Below are positions 18,238-27,173 of a stretch of DNA of 64,000 nt, one piece after another (position 1 is the first letter of the stretch; each line of letters begins with the position of its first letter). The stretch is from positions 40,227 through 104,226 of the forward strand of contig CAYPKR010000001.1 of NCBI GenBank assembly GCA_964411375.1, in the 5' to 3' direction. The notes beneath the pieces were generated by a model that did no database searches, was not told the origin of the DNA, and saw only the letters and a program-made list of their open reading frames with translations. A program made the position numbers and the translations under genes. Source of the stretch: an uncultured Candidatus Saccharibacteria bacterium. Lineage in GTDB: Bacteria; Patescibacteriota; Minisyncoccia; Phycocordibacterales; UBA12088.

Positions 18238-19440
18238 CTACGTTCCCGCAGTTGCAGGATCACGTGAGAGAAATGCTTTGAATGAAGGCCAAATATCTTC
18301 TCGGCGTTCGATTAAAACTGCTTGGAAGTTTTTTTCGTCGAGCTTGCGGAATCGCTCAAGCATCGAACTCTCGTAGTAATGAGAGCCCATCGGCTTTATT
18401 TCGCCATAGCCGAAGAGATTGCAGATTGCACAGAGTTCTCGGGCAAGCTTCATTGCCTCGTCGTTGTCCGACTCAAAATTGTCGCCGTCTGAACAATGGA
18501 AGGCATACACGTTCCAGTGATCGGGATGGTAGCGGTTCTCGATAATCTCCAGCGCTTTTTTGTATGCCGAGGAAATTAGTGTACCGCCTGACTCACCCTT
18601 GTGGAAGAATTCATCCTCATTCACTTCCTTCGCTTGCGTGTGATGCGCGATAAATACGAGCTCTATTTTGTTGTACTTAGTGCGAAGGAACCGATATAGC
18701 AGGAAAAAGAAAGCGCGGGCGAGATACTTTTTCAGCCGATCCATCGAGCCCGACGTGTCCATCATGCAGATGACGACCGCGTTCGACTCTTCCTTTTCGT
18801 CGAGGATGAGGCGTTTGAAGACTTTATGTCTCTCACGGAACGGGGAGGGACTCTCACCCTTACATCCACCCTTTTTCCACTCCCTCTGTTCATCCATTTT
18901 TCCTGCGGCCACCGTTTCTCGAACATGAGCTCTCACCGTATCCATGCGCCGCAAGCGAGCCGGGGTACCTCGTCTGGCTCTGCCTTTTACTCTTGCGAGG
19001 GTTTCAGCAACCGCCTGCTTCAAGATTTTCCGTTCGAGATCGGGAAGCTCCAGATCCTCGAACATGATATCGATGAGATCATCGAGGGTGATCTCGGTTT
19101 CGTAATAATCAACACCGGGATCATTTCCAGCAGGACCTTGACCTTTATCACCCTTACCTTTCGCATTGCCTACAACTTGGCCGGGTTTGGTGTTGCCGTC
19201 ACCCGTACCAACGCCCCCAGCGTTATCGCCAAAGACGAATCGGAATTCCCTCACGCCGCGGACAGGGACTTTAATGATCCTATCGCCCTGCTTGCCAACA
19301 ATGCCTTGTTCGGCAATGACGTCGGCAATATTTTCGCGGATTGACCTGCGAAGTTTCTCACGATGTCTCTTACGGTCGCCTGCACTCCGGTCGGAACGCA
19401 GAGCCTCTGATTCCGAATACGGTCGGAAGACAGTACTCAT
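18238..19440 (-). CDS. DUF444 family protein (YeaH/YhbH-like, vWA-containing)
   Basis: 400 aa. VVICMMDTSGSMDRLKKYLARAFFFLLY matches the vWA MIDAS-like region typical of YhbH/YeaH. No prkA or spoVR partner in the window. Confidence 0.75.
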   Translation of the reverse strand: MSTVFRPYSESEALRSDRSAGDRKRHREKLRRSIRENIADVIAEQGIVGKQGDRIIKVPVRGVREFRFVFGDNAGGVGTGDGNTKPGQVVGNAKGKGDKGQGPAGNDPGVDYYETEITLDDLIDIMFEDLELPDLERKILKQAVAETLARVKGRARRGTPARLRRMDTVRAHVRETVAAGKMDEQREWKKGGCKGESPSPFRERHKVFKRLILDEKEESNAVVICMMDTSGSMDRLKKYLARAFFFLLYRFLRTKYNKIELVFIAHHTQAKEVNEDEFFHKGESGGTLISSAYKKALEIIENRYHPDHWNVYAFHCSDGDNFESDNDEAMKLARELCAICNLFGYGEIKPMGSHYYESSMLERFRKLDEKNFQAVLIERREDIWPSFKAFLSRDPATAGT

Positions 19441-19590
19441 GATTCTCTCCTAGGAGTAAGTTGTCAGTGTGCGTCTTCGGTCAGAGTATAGAAAATGAGG
19501 AAAAGCACAAGGATTTGGTCGCGACCCGAAAAACAGTATTTAGACACTGTTTTTCCAAAAAAAGGTTTCCCAAACCTTTTTCTTCCGGCC

Positions 19591-19670
19591 GTTCAAATCC
19601 AGTCCTGCGCACAAAAACAAAAAATCCCCAAAGGGATTTTTTGTTTTTGTGCGCAGGACTGGATTTGAAC
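19591..19670. repeat. perfect 38-bp inverted repeat with a 4-nt loop; the right arm contains the 3-prime 21 nt of tRNA-Leu(GAG)
   Basis: GTTCAAATCCAGTCCTGCGCACAAAAACAAAAAATCCC-CAAA-GGGATTTTTTGTTTTTGTGCGCAGGACTGGATTTGAAC. Confidence 0.9.
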
Positions 19671-19733
19671 CAGCACGCCGTTGCCAGCGCTACCACCTCA
19701 AGGTAGTGCGTCTACCAATTTCGCCACCTGCGC
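19650..19733 (-). tRNA. tRNA-Leu (GAG), long variable arm
   Basis: Reverse complement GCGCAGGTGGCGAAATTGGTAGACGCACTACCTTGAGGTGGTAGCGCTGGCAACGGCGTGCTGGTTCAAATCCAGTCCTGCGCA. Anticodon loop CTTGAGGT. Confidence 0.88.
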
Positions 19734-19745
19734 AGTCCTCCTATA

Positions 19746-20333
19746 TTACTTATCTTCAGAAACTTCGCCAACTTCTTCTGCCTTCACTTCTTCAAGTGGC
19801 ATTTCCTCAGCGGCAGCCTTGGCTGCGGCTTCGGCAGCTGTCTTTGCTTCTGCAGCAGCCGCTTCAGCTGCTTCTTTTTCTGCCTGAATAGCAGCCTGTG
19901 CTTTTGCTTCTTCTTCGGCAGCACGCTTTATCGCTTCCTTATCTTCAATATCGCTTCCAGTTGAAGTCATTTTACCGAGAGCACGAGCGTGCTTCATTTG
20001 CTTACGAATCTCCTTCGCTGCCTTTTCGCGGATGTAATAGAGCTTCGCACGGCGAACCTTTGAGCGCTTTACGACTTCAATCTTGTCGATCATTGGAGAA
20101 TAGAGGGGAAAGGTCTTTTCAACTCCAACTCCGTCAACCACGCGGCGGACAGTGAAAGTTGCACCCGCCTGCTTGCCGCCTTTGTGGGTCAAAACGAGTC
20201 CCTCAAACATCTGGAGACGAGTCTTTCCTTTTTCCTGAATTTTCTGATGCACGCGAACAGTATCCCCCGCTTTGATTTCGAGGGTTTTGCGCTTTTCGGT
20301 ATTGATGGGCGATATGACTGCGGTCGATTTCAT
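19746..20333 (-). CDS. rplS: 50S ribosomal protein L19 with Ala/Glu-rich C-terminal extension
   Basis: [48 protein letters not shown] is the L19 core. About 80 extra residues of AEAAAK-like repeats follow. Confidence 0.9.
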   Translation of the reverse strand: MKSTAVISPINTEKRKTLEIKAGDTVRVHQKIQEKGKTRLQMFEGLVLTHKGGKQAGATFTVRRVVDGVGVEKTFPLYSPMIDKIEVVKRSKVRRAKLYYIREKAAKEIRKQMKHARALGKMTSTGSDIEDKEAIKRAAEEEAKAQAAIQAEKEAAEAAAAEAKTAAEAAAKAAAEEMPLEEVKAEEVGEVSEDK

Positions 20334-20352
20334 AGTGGTGAGACTGTACCAC

Positions 20353-20390
20353 AAAGAAAAAGGAGGTGCAACGCGCTATGGTGCACCTCC
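20353..20390 (-). promoter_or_regulatory. hairpin plus U-run immediately 5-prime of rplS (terminator/attenuator-like)
   Basis: Minus-strand RNA GGAGGUGCACCAUAGCGCGUUGCACCUCCUUUUUCUUUG ends about 20 nt before the rplS start. The GGAGG is sequestered in the stem. Confidence 0.4.
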
Positions 20391-20412
20391 ATCCATGCCG
20401 AAAGATCTAGGC

Positions 20413-20643
20413 CTACGTTGTGGTAAGTGGCGTACCATACAACCCAGTACCATCAGGCTCGTCCGGTTTCCATTGGAGAAGAGGAAAAGAGGCTGCTTCG
20501 GGCTTTGGATGCGGAATCAATGTCCCGATAACCTGCCCATCAGCGATTAATGTAACCTCCTCTGTCAGAGCTATACCGCCACTAACTCGAGCAACAAGCG
20601 TGTCTAATCTGAGACAATGAGGGCCAATCTCGCCGTTCGCCAT
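20413..20643 (-). CDS. hypothetical small protein
   Basis: 76-aa ORF between rluD and rplS. No motif recognised. Confidence 0.3.
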   Translation of the reverse strand: MANGEIGPHCLRLDTLVARVSGGIALTEEVTLIADGQVIGTLIPHPKPEAASFPLLQWKPDEPDGTGLYGTPLTTT

Positions 20644-20685
20644 CGGAATTCCTCCGCATGAGTTCGAACCTCACAATACCATTCA

Positions 20686-21414
20686 CTACGCTTCATGCAA
20701 TTCGTTAAATTGGGTGAGCGCGTTTTGAAAATCTTCTGGAAGTGGTGCTTCGAATGTTCTCACTTCTCCGTCGGGGAGAGTAAGTGTGAGAGAACGCGCA
20801 TGAAGCGCGAGTCGTTCAAAGCCGAATGCAGTGGGCATGTTGGCTGCATAGAGTTTGTCGCACACGACCGGATGATTGATCGCTTTCATATGAACGCGAA
20901 TCTGATGCGTGCGTCCTGTTTTTGGTCTTGCTTCAATACATGAAAATCCTTTGATTGATTTAAGTACGGTGTATTCGGTAACCGCTTCGCGCATTTCTCC
21001 TTTTGCGCCACGCTGTGCCGACCATCTGCGGAAATCGCTTGCTGAACGACCGATCGGTCGATCGATTACTCCTTCCGTTTCTTTGAAGTTTCCGTATACG
21101 AATGCGTTGTAGATTTTCTTCGCTTCACGATTTTGAAATTGTGATTTAAGAAAAAGAAATGCGTCTTGGTTTTTTGCAATCACCATAACCCCTGATGTTT
21201 CGCGATCCAAGCGATGGACAATGCCCGGACGATCGATGACTTCTCCGCTTTGGAGTGTGAGTGGTTCGCCGACTCCTTTCATTTCAGGATGCGTCTCAGT
21301 TATCCAATCAACAAGTGTTCGCTCATCAGTACGGCCATCGGGATGTACGACCAGGCTGGCGGGTTTGTTGATAATAATGACGTTGGTGTTTTCGAAGAGG
21401 ATTGTGGGAGACAT
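20686..21414 (-). CDS. RluA-family pseudouridine synthase
   Basis: Catalytic motif GIVHRLDRETSGVMVIAKN and KIYNAFVYG. The upstream in-frame part of the ORF (to 21609) is unsupported. Confidence 0.85.
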   Translation of the reverse strand: MSPTILFENTNVIIINKPASLVVHPDGRTDERTLVDWITETHPEMKGVGEPLTLQSGEVIDRPGIVHRLDRETSGVMVIAKNQDAFLFLKSQFQNREAKKIYNAFVYGNFKETEGVIDRPIGRSASDFRRWSAQRGAKGEMREAVTEYTVLKSIKGFSCIEARPKTGRTHQIRVHMKAINHPVVCDKLYAANMPTAFGFERLALHARSLTLTLPDGEVRTFEAPLPEDFQNALTQFNELHEA

Positions 21415-21607
21415 GATGAGTGCACTATACATTGAAGCAGTGATTGCGGAAATAATCGTCGATGTGTATTGTGGCGCAAGTACATCATCTATAAGGAGGA
21501 ATGGCGTGAGTGAGTCTACCGAACCGCATGTCGATGGAAATGACTGGAATATCTTTGCCACATCGCCACAAGTGAGCAATCCTGAGCGATATTCCGATGT
21601 CGCACTC

Positions 21608-22069
21608 ATGAACTTGCTTTCGATGCATGTCAGCCAGCTTAATTCGGTTCGTCAGGCGATCTGGGCGAGATTCACGGCATTTCTAATCGGCAATTCCATT
21701 CTCTTTGCGTTTGCAGGAGGAGCGAATCGCCCCGCTGTGCAACAAGCCACTGGTACAATTTCTGGGGTAATCTTGTGCACCATATGGCTTCTGATGCTTC
21801 GACGGGATAAAAAGTTTTTCCTGTTTCTTATCGAGAGAGCCGCAAGATTCAGATTACTTGCCTTACCAGCGGCAGAAGCAAATCCTGCAAATATATTTCT
21901 CACACGACGAAGTCTTCAGTTTGGAGATTCAATTTATCGTCTGGCGTTTATGGTAGTGTGGATTTTTGTCACCCTCCACTTCATAGTTTTGTATCCAAGC
22001 GTTGAGGAATATATTCAAAAATGGGGAGCTGAGGCATACCAAGGAATATGCCGGCCCATACATTGCTGA
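21608..22069 (+). CDS. hypothetical membrane protein
   Basis: ORF 21221..22069 overlaps rluD antisense. A plausible start is the internal Met at 21608 (MNLLSMHV). The sequence is hydrophobic. Confidence 0.3.
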   Translation: MNLLSMHVSQLNSVRQAIWARFTAFLIGNSILFAFAGGANRPAVQQATGTISGVILCTIWLLMLRRDKKFFLFLIERAARFRLLALPAAEANPANIFLTRRSLQFGDSIYRLAFMVVWIFVTLHFIVLYPSVEEYIQKWGAEAYQGICRPIHC

Positions 22070-22373
22070 AATAGAATCGAGCCGTCGGGATTACCGACGG
22101 CTCTAATTATTAGGAAGATTGGTCTTCCTTTGGTTTTGGATATGTCCAACCATCTATGGTTGCCCATAGCATTATTATTACCAGGACCACAATGATGACC
22201 AAAAAAACCACCGGAAAATTCATTACAGATCTCCTCAGTCTGAGTGGAACCGATTACCCGCGCATTTGCGAGCAATTCTACCTGGGATTTTACCACAAAA
22301 ATTGGAATTTGCAATGGAGATTGTGTGTTGCGGGGTTTGGTCGCGATATTTAAAGACTTGATCCTTACAGGAT

Positions 22374-22431
22374 CAGTACACCTTGCGGATTTTTTCTTCG
22401 TCCTAGCGGACTCAAAAAAGTCTCGCAAGGT
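22374..22431. repeat. 58-nt direct repeat copy 1 (internal palindrome CCTTGCG...CGCAAGG), 3-prime of tRNA-Val
   Basis: CAGTACACCTTGCGGATTTTTTCTTCGTCCTAGCGGACTCAAAAAAGTCTCGCAAGGT is identical at 23010-23067. Confidence 0.9.
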
Positions 22432-22498
22432 TTTCAAGTCCCTCCGCAGAGTGCCCCGCACTCTGCTAGCGCACACTCTTCGCTCACTGTCGTTCGCT

Positions 22499-22574
22499 TG
22501 GTGCGCGCTGAGGGACTTGAACCCCCGACCTTCTCGGTGTAAACGAGTTGCTCTACCAACTGAGCTAAGCGCGC
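22499..22574 (-). tRNA. tRNA-Val (TAC), CCA encoded
   Basis: Reverse complement GCGCGCTTAGCTCAGTTGGTAGAGCAACTCGTTTACACCGAGAAGGTCGGGGGTTCAAGTCCCTCAGCGCGCACCA. Confidence 0.9.
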
Positions 22575-22683
22575 AAATTCGATTCTCGATACTTATCGCG
22601 ATTAAGTCGTTGGGTAAACGGCGAGGCCGCCTCCACCAATAACCTACGTGCGACATAAAAATTGAATGATTTTCAGTCTACAG

Positions 22684-22712
22684 AAAAGTAAGCGCCCCGT
22701 CCACCATTACAG
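22684..22712 (-). terminator. perfect hairpin GCCCCGTCCAC-CATTACA-GTGGACGGGGC about 165 nt downstream of tRNA-Leu(TAG)
   Basis: 11-bp perfect stem. T-rich on the minus-strand 3-prime side. Confidence 0.5.
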
Positions 22713-22879
22713 TGGACGGGGCTCGGATCAGCGTTGCTAATCGTCAAGCGGGTGGTATTGCAAAGGCGAGTCCACGGACGCCAAAACGCCGCTTCGTTCT
22801 CTCCCACCTATCCTACGCACTCGACGTGCGACACAGTCCTGGGTGGACAATATAGGAATTATTGAATTGCATCAAGTGT

Positions 22880-22964
22880 TGGTGCTGGGGAGAGGACTCG
22901 AACCTCCACGCCTTGCGGTGCCTGCTCCTAAGGCAGGTGCGTCTACCAATTTCGCCACCCCAGC
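22880..22964 (-). tRNA. tRNA-Leu (TAG), long variable arm, CCA encoded
   Basis: Reverse complement GCTGGGGTGGCGAAATTGGTAGACGCACCTGCCTTAGGAGCAGGCACCGCAAGGCGTGGAGGTTCGAGTCCTCTCCCCAGCACCA. Confidence 0.9.
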
Positions 22965-23009
22965 ATTTTGTAAATTGTAAGTCGGCAGGAGTTTCGAAGC
23001 TTACAGCTT

Positions 23010-23067
23010 CAGTACACCTTGCGGATTTTTTCTTCGTCCTAGCGGACTCAAAAAAGTCTCGCAAGGT
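23010..23067. repeat. 58-nt direct repeat copy 2, between tRNA-Arg(TCT) and tRNA-Leu(TAG)
   Basis: Identical to 22374-22431. Preceded by hairpin GAACAGTCC-CCC-GGACTGTTC (23082-23102), just as copy 1 is preceded by GCAGAGTG-CCCC-GCACTCTGC (22446-22466). Confidence 0.9.
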
Positions 23068-23127
23068 CTTCGAATCCTGACGAACAGTCCCCCGGACTGT
23101 TCTCCGGGGCAAAGCGCTTCGCGCTTG

Positions 23128-23199
23128 CGCCCCTGGCAGGATTCGAACCTACATCAACGCCTTAGAAGAGCGCTGCTCTATCCATTGAGCTACGGGGGC
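23128..23199 (-). tRNA. tRNA-Arg (TCT)
   Basis: Reverse complement GCCCCCGTAGCTCAATGGATAGAGCAGCGCTCTTCTAAGGCGTTGATGTAGGTTCGAATCCTGCCAGGGGCG. One acceptor-stem mismatch. CCA not encoded. Confidence 0.75.
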
Positions 23200-23313
23200 A
23201 AAAAAGCCCTGGGAGTGTAAAGCTCTGGGAGAGCTTTACACGAATTCCACCGCAACGGCAGATGCAACCAGAACTTATTCAGCAATCTACCATGCAGTGA
23301 AAAAAATTTCCTG

Positions 23314-23643
23314 CTATCTCGATGGGTCAGAAGGAGTTTGTGGAGTCGAACTACCTCCGCCAAAATTAGCGCCTCTTGCTTGTATGTTGGTGAGTGTCGT
23401 ATTCAATACTTCCCGATTCACTGCAGGCGGTGGAGTAGTAATCGAAGATTGTATTTTATGCTCACCATTTGTCGCAAGGAAAAGTGTTACGTGATACACG
23501 ACAAGCGCGATAATTAAGACGACTATACTTCCAAGCACAATCAGCCAATCACGAACTGGATGCCACAATGCACGATCGGTTTTATTCCCTCTTTTCAGAA
23601 GTTTTTGAAGCGATGCTTTGTCGATGGAGAAATTAAGTTTCAT
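23314..23643 (-). CDS. hypothetical membrane protein, last gene of the pilMNO operon
   Basis: 109 aa, single TM, Pro/Thr-rich tail. Confidence 0.4.
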   Translation of the reverse strand: MKLNFSIDKASLQKLLKRGNKTDRALWHPVRDWLIVLGSIVVLIIALVVYHVTLFLATNGEHKIQSSITTPPPAVNREVLNTTLTNIQARGANFGGGSSTPQTPSDPSR

Positions 23644-23645
23644 AG

Positions 23646-24164
23646 TTATTGTGGCAAATGCGGCGCAGTAAAATCAATCAACTCTTGCCAGTGTGATTGA
23701 TCACCTCCCTGTCGATCAAGTCGTACCGAAGTCACGATGAGCGGCACGGGAGAGTGTTCGATGTAATTCAACACCCGATACGTACCTTGCCACGATCCTT
23801 CAGCAGAAATACTAAAGCGATACGATTGCTTGTCAGTCGAACTATCGACAGAGAGTACGCGTACTTTTGATCCGGTGGTCGTACCGAGTCCTTCAATCTG
23901 CTCCAAAAACCCAACCAATTTATCATCATCGAGAAATGCGCCTTCAAGTGTCGCTCGCTCTCCGGAAAGTTCAACAAGAAGTGATTCTGCATTTTTTGCA
24001 TTCTGATCAGACGCTGCGGAGACGGCGAGATCAGCGGCAAGCGCATCAGCCCGAGTTGATTCTTTTTGAATCTGCATAGAGAGCAGTACATACGCGCCGA
24101 TAGCGACGAGTAGTATCGCTCCTGCGACCAGTGCACTCTGTAATGTCTTACCTATCTTGTTCAT
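23646..24164 (-). CDS. pilO: type IV pilus assembly protein PilO-like
   Basis: N-terminal TM then coiled-coil. Sits in pilM-pilN context, with ATGA overlap with pilN. Confidence 0.5.
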   Translation of the reverse strand: MNKIGKTLQSALVAGAILLVAIGAYVLLSMQIQKESTRADALAADLAVSAASDQNAKNAESLLVELSGERATLEGAFLDDDKLVGFLEQIEGLGTTTGSKVRVLSVDSSTDKQSYRFSISAEGSWQGTYRVLNYIEHSPVPLIVTSVRLDRQGGDQSHWQELIDFTAPHLPQ

Positions 24165-24718
24165 GGTTTTTTCGAGGTGTCTGGCGCGACCGTTAATCCC
24201 AGGGTAAATGGGATATGGTCGGCATCAGCAAGATCAGAAACCGGAAGATCAACTTTTGAAAAAGTTGGAATGCTTCGAAGACCAGAAATAAATGCAACCA
24301 GATTGTTTCTTGTCTCCGCAATACCGTTCACCGAAATCGTAATCTGTTTTGGTGATGTCGCTTGATAGTTGATGAGAGAAAAAGTGATGCCTGAAGTTCT
24401 CGCACGAAGAAGCGCTTCGATGTGATCGGTTGGCGTTACCGGATTTGCGTATTCTACGGCGCGATCAAGAAGTGCTTGAATCTTTTTCAGTGATTCCGCA
24501 ACATTCCCTTCCGTTGCACGCGCCGCTGATCCTTCCGCAATTGCTTTTTGTTTTTCAAGCACACTTCGACGCGCACTCGCCGAAATATACGAAGGCAGTG
24601 CCGCGACAATACTAATGATGACAATGCCGATCAGTGCCACTTCGGATACGAGAAGCAGGCGTGCGAGATATTCTCTCGTGAGTCGCTTTTGTGATGACGG
24701 AGGAAGTAGGTTGATCAT
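24161..24718 (-). CDS. pilN: type IV pilus assembly protein PilN
   Basis: Characteristic MINLLPPSSQKR start followed by a TM segment. Confidence 0.75.
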   Translation of the reverse strand: MINLLPPSSQKRLTREYLARLLLVSEVALIGIVIISIVAALPSYISASARRSVLEKQKAIAEGSAARATEGNVAESLKKIQALLDRAVEYANPVTPTDHIEALLRARTSGITFSLINYQATSPKQITISVNGIAETRNNLVAFISGLRSIPTFSKVDLPVSDLADADHIPFTLGLTVAPDTSKKP

Positions 24719-24721
24719 AGA

Positions 24722-25777
24722 TTATTCTCTTCCGGATTGCAGTGAGCGGAGCGCAAGTCCGAGTGCAGTTGCATATTGCAGTGATTCTTTTTCTGAAATC
24801 GGCGGTACGTAATCGGACGCAAACGTAACATTCGTCCATACGTTTCCCCGACCGACTGGCATTTTAAGAGACGCGCTCATATATTCAGCGATACCCACAA
24901 TGTTTGCGTTACCGCCGCAGAGTGTTATGTAGTCGATCGACGCACCTTTTTTTGTTTTGTCTGCATCGGTATGCATCGGATGTTGTTTCCAATATTCCGA
25001 GTGGCGAAGTATTTCATCGCGAAGCACCGACATTGCGGAGAGTAGCGCGCCGGAGACACTCTGCTTCCCTTTCAAAAATCCCCGCTCCTGTTTCAGTTGC
25101 TCTGCTTCTTCAAATGATAGCCCTGAATCTTTTTGAATTGCTTTCGTGAGATCGTCGCCACCAATATCCAAGGTTGCAGTGAAGAGAACTGATCCACCCC
25201 CGACAATCGAAATGCCTGCTTTTGTTTTTCCAATATCAACAATGATGACGGTTTCGGTGCCGTCTATCGGAGTGAGTGCGCGAGCACTTGCTTCACCTTC
25301 GATTTCAAGCGAAAGCGGTTTTATACCGGCACTTTGAAGTACGTTTAGATAATCCGCGACTACCTTGCTCGGATATACCGCAACACTTACTTTTTTCATT
25401 CCTGGAGGAGCCGGCAAGACTTTAGGCATTTCATAATCAAAAACCGCATCCGACGGAGAGATCGGCACGTTCTCTTTCATTTGAAACTCGATGATGGTTT
25501 GAATTTGTGCAGGCGTTGATCCTTCAGGAACGTCCGTTTGAAATACGTATGCGTGTTCTTCAGGAAGCGAAATATGCGCGAACTCAAATCCAAGATCGCG
25601 ACGAAACTTTTTTAGAATGGCGCTGAGCTTGTCGCCTTCTTTGATAGTACTTTCGGTGATGATTCCTGCCGGAATTGCGATTTTTCCGAAGTGAGAAATA
25701 GTGGTGCCGCCTTTTCCTTCCGTCAGCCCGATATATTTGATGCTTTCTTCCGAAATATCGATGCCGATCCCGTTCAT
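24722..25777 (-). CDS. pilM: type IV pilus assembly protein PilM (actin-like ATPase fold)
   Basis: Starts at internal Met MNGIGIDISEESIKYIGL. The C-terminal sequence pattern (DIGKTKAGISIV ... ATALGLALR) looks actin-like. Confidence 0.8.
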   Translation of the reverse strand: MNGIGIDISEESIKYIGLTEGKGGTTISHFGKIAIPAGIITESTIKEGDKLSAILKKFRRDLGFEFAHISLPEEHAYVFQTDVPEGSTPAQIQTIIEFQMKENVPISPSDAVFDYEMPKVLPAPPGMKKVSVAVYPSKVVADYLNVLQSAGIKPLSLEIEGEASARALTPIDGTETVIIVDIGKTKAGISIVGGGSVLFTATLDIGGDDLTKAIQKDSGLSFEEAEQLKQERGFLKGKQSVSGALLSAMSVLRDEILRHSEYWKQHPMHTDADKTKKGASIDYITLCGGNANIVGIAEYMSASLKMPVGRGNVWTNVTFASDYVPPISEKESLQYATALGLALRSLQSGRE

Positions 25778-25911
25778 ACTAAGAATGCTCGGCGGTGGAA
25801 ATACCGCGAGGATTCCTGGGAGGAAGGAACTGTGTGTTTGCGTCTGTCTCATGTGAGCAAATGCGTGACTATTATATCACGCATGTACTTCGCTTCTCTC
25901 TGGAAAACTGT

Positions 25912-26253
25912 TTATTTGACTCGTGTGCCGGGTGGAATCTCGGAATTACCTGCTTCAAGAAGAGAAAAAACTCCGTCCGCAGTCGACGCGGCAAGAATCA
26001 TGCCGTTCGATTCAAGTCCACGAATCACTCTCGGCTCCAAATTTACGAGAAACGGACACTTCTTTCCGACGAGTGTTTGAATGTCTTCAAAGTATGTGCG
26101 GATTCCGGATACAATCTGTCGTACTTCCTCTTCTCCAAAATCAACCGTGAGAAGAAGCAGCTTGTCGGCTCCTTCGACAACTTCCACGGTTTTGATCTCG
26201 CCGATCGCGATATCCATTTTTGACCAGTCATCGACATTGATTCTCTCTTTCAT
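25912..26253 (-). CDS. tRNA-binding protein (CsaA/Trbp111-like EMAP domain)
   Basis: DIAIGEIKTVEVVEGADKLLLLTVDFGEEEVRQIVSGI matches the OB-fold tRNA-binding domain pattern. Confidence 0.8.
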   Translation of the reverse strand: MKERINVDDWSKMDIAIGEIKTVEVVEGADKLLLLTVDFGEEEVRQIVSGIRTYFEDIQTLVGKKCPFLVNLEPRVIRGLESNGMILAASTADGVFSLLEAGNSEIPPGTRVK

Positions 26254-26269
26254 ATTGATGTATTGAAAA

Positions 26270-26665
26270 TTATTCTGTGTCTTTCCGCAAACTGTCCAAG
26301 TAATTTTGGAGAATTAAAGCGGCGGCTGATGCATCGACAAGCGCACCCTTCTCACTCCCCTCTCGACGCGCATGCGCGCTCGAAAGTATCTCACTCCAGA
26401 GAATAACCGGAACATCCAGAAGTTCTTCAAGTGCTTTCTTGAATGCGGCTATCTCTTTCATTACTGGATTTTCGTTCCCCTTAAAATCCCGCGACTCGCC
26501 AAGAATGATTTTTTCAGCCTTCTTCTCAATTACCAGCTTGCCGATTATTCCGAGCGACTCTTTGTTGGTGTCGATAATTGCTTCGGGAAACGCAATAGAG
26601 CCATCTTCATCTGAGATAGCGATGCCGATTCGTTTGGTGCCGTAGTCGATTCCAAGGTAACGCAT
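26270..26665 (-). CDS. ruvX: Holliday-junction resolvase-like protein YqgF/RuvX
   Basis: MRYLGIDYGTKRIGIAISDE matches the RuvX signature. Confidence 0.9.
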   Translation of the reverse strand: MRYLGIDYGTKRIGIAISDEDGSIAFPEAIIDTNKESLGIIGKLVIEKKAEKIILGESRDFKGNENPVMKEIAAFKKALEELLDVPVILWSEILSSAHARREGSEKGALVDASAAALILQNYLDSLRKDTE

Positions 26666-27173
26666 ATCGCAGTATGCCTAGTATTTTGAAATGATTCAAT
26701 TAAAAACGCCAGATGCGCGGCGCAGGCGAAGCCCGAAGCGAGTCGTATGAATAATACGACGAGCGAGGACTGGAGACTGCAACAAAGCAGGTGGCGCTTT
26801 TAATGAATCATCGATGCGTACAAATATGGAATCCAGAGGATTAGTGCGCCCAAAATAAAGGCGGCGGAAAGGAGGAGGGTCGTTTTCAGTATCTTTTTCA
26901 TAGATGATAATCCGAAGAATATCACACTTCACGCAAGAAACCTGTGGAAATGCGCGTTTCAATGGAAATTATGATGGACTTGCTGCAACCCTGATAATTC
27001 CATTGTCTTCTTGTTCACTAAACCCCTGGTTTACTTGGGTTCAAAGTTGCCAATCTGGCGGTGCAGGTGGGTTAAGTGCCCACCAGTGTCAATCACTGTA
27101 AGGGTTTTTGAGCAATTTTTCCACCTCACGTTTTGAGGCACGCGGGTCGGGCTAAGACTTTGAAATGTGACAA

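Noticed and set aside
22015-23112. Long minus- and plus-strand ORFs (213 aa, 132 aa, 99 aa, 72 aa) across the tRNA cluster
   Set aside because: They are made of tRNA-Val, tRNA-Leu, tRNA-Arg and the 58-nt repeat. The repeated peptides (HLADFFFVLADSKKSRKVF, TLRDFFESARTKKKSARCT) are just translations of the repeat.
26696-26962. 88-aa minus ORF in the island-edge spacer
   Set aside because: No ribosome-binding site, no motif, odd composition.
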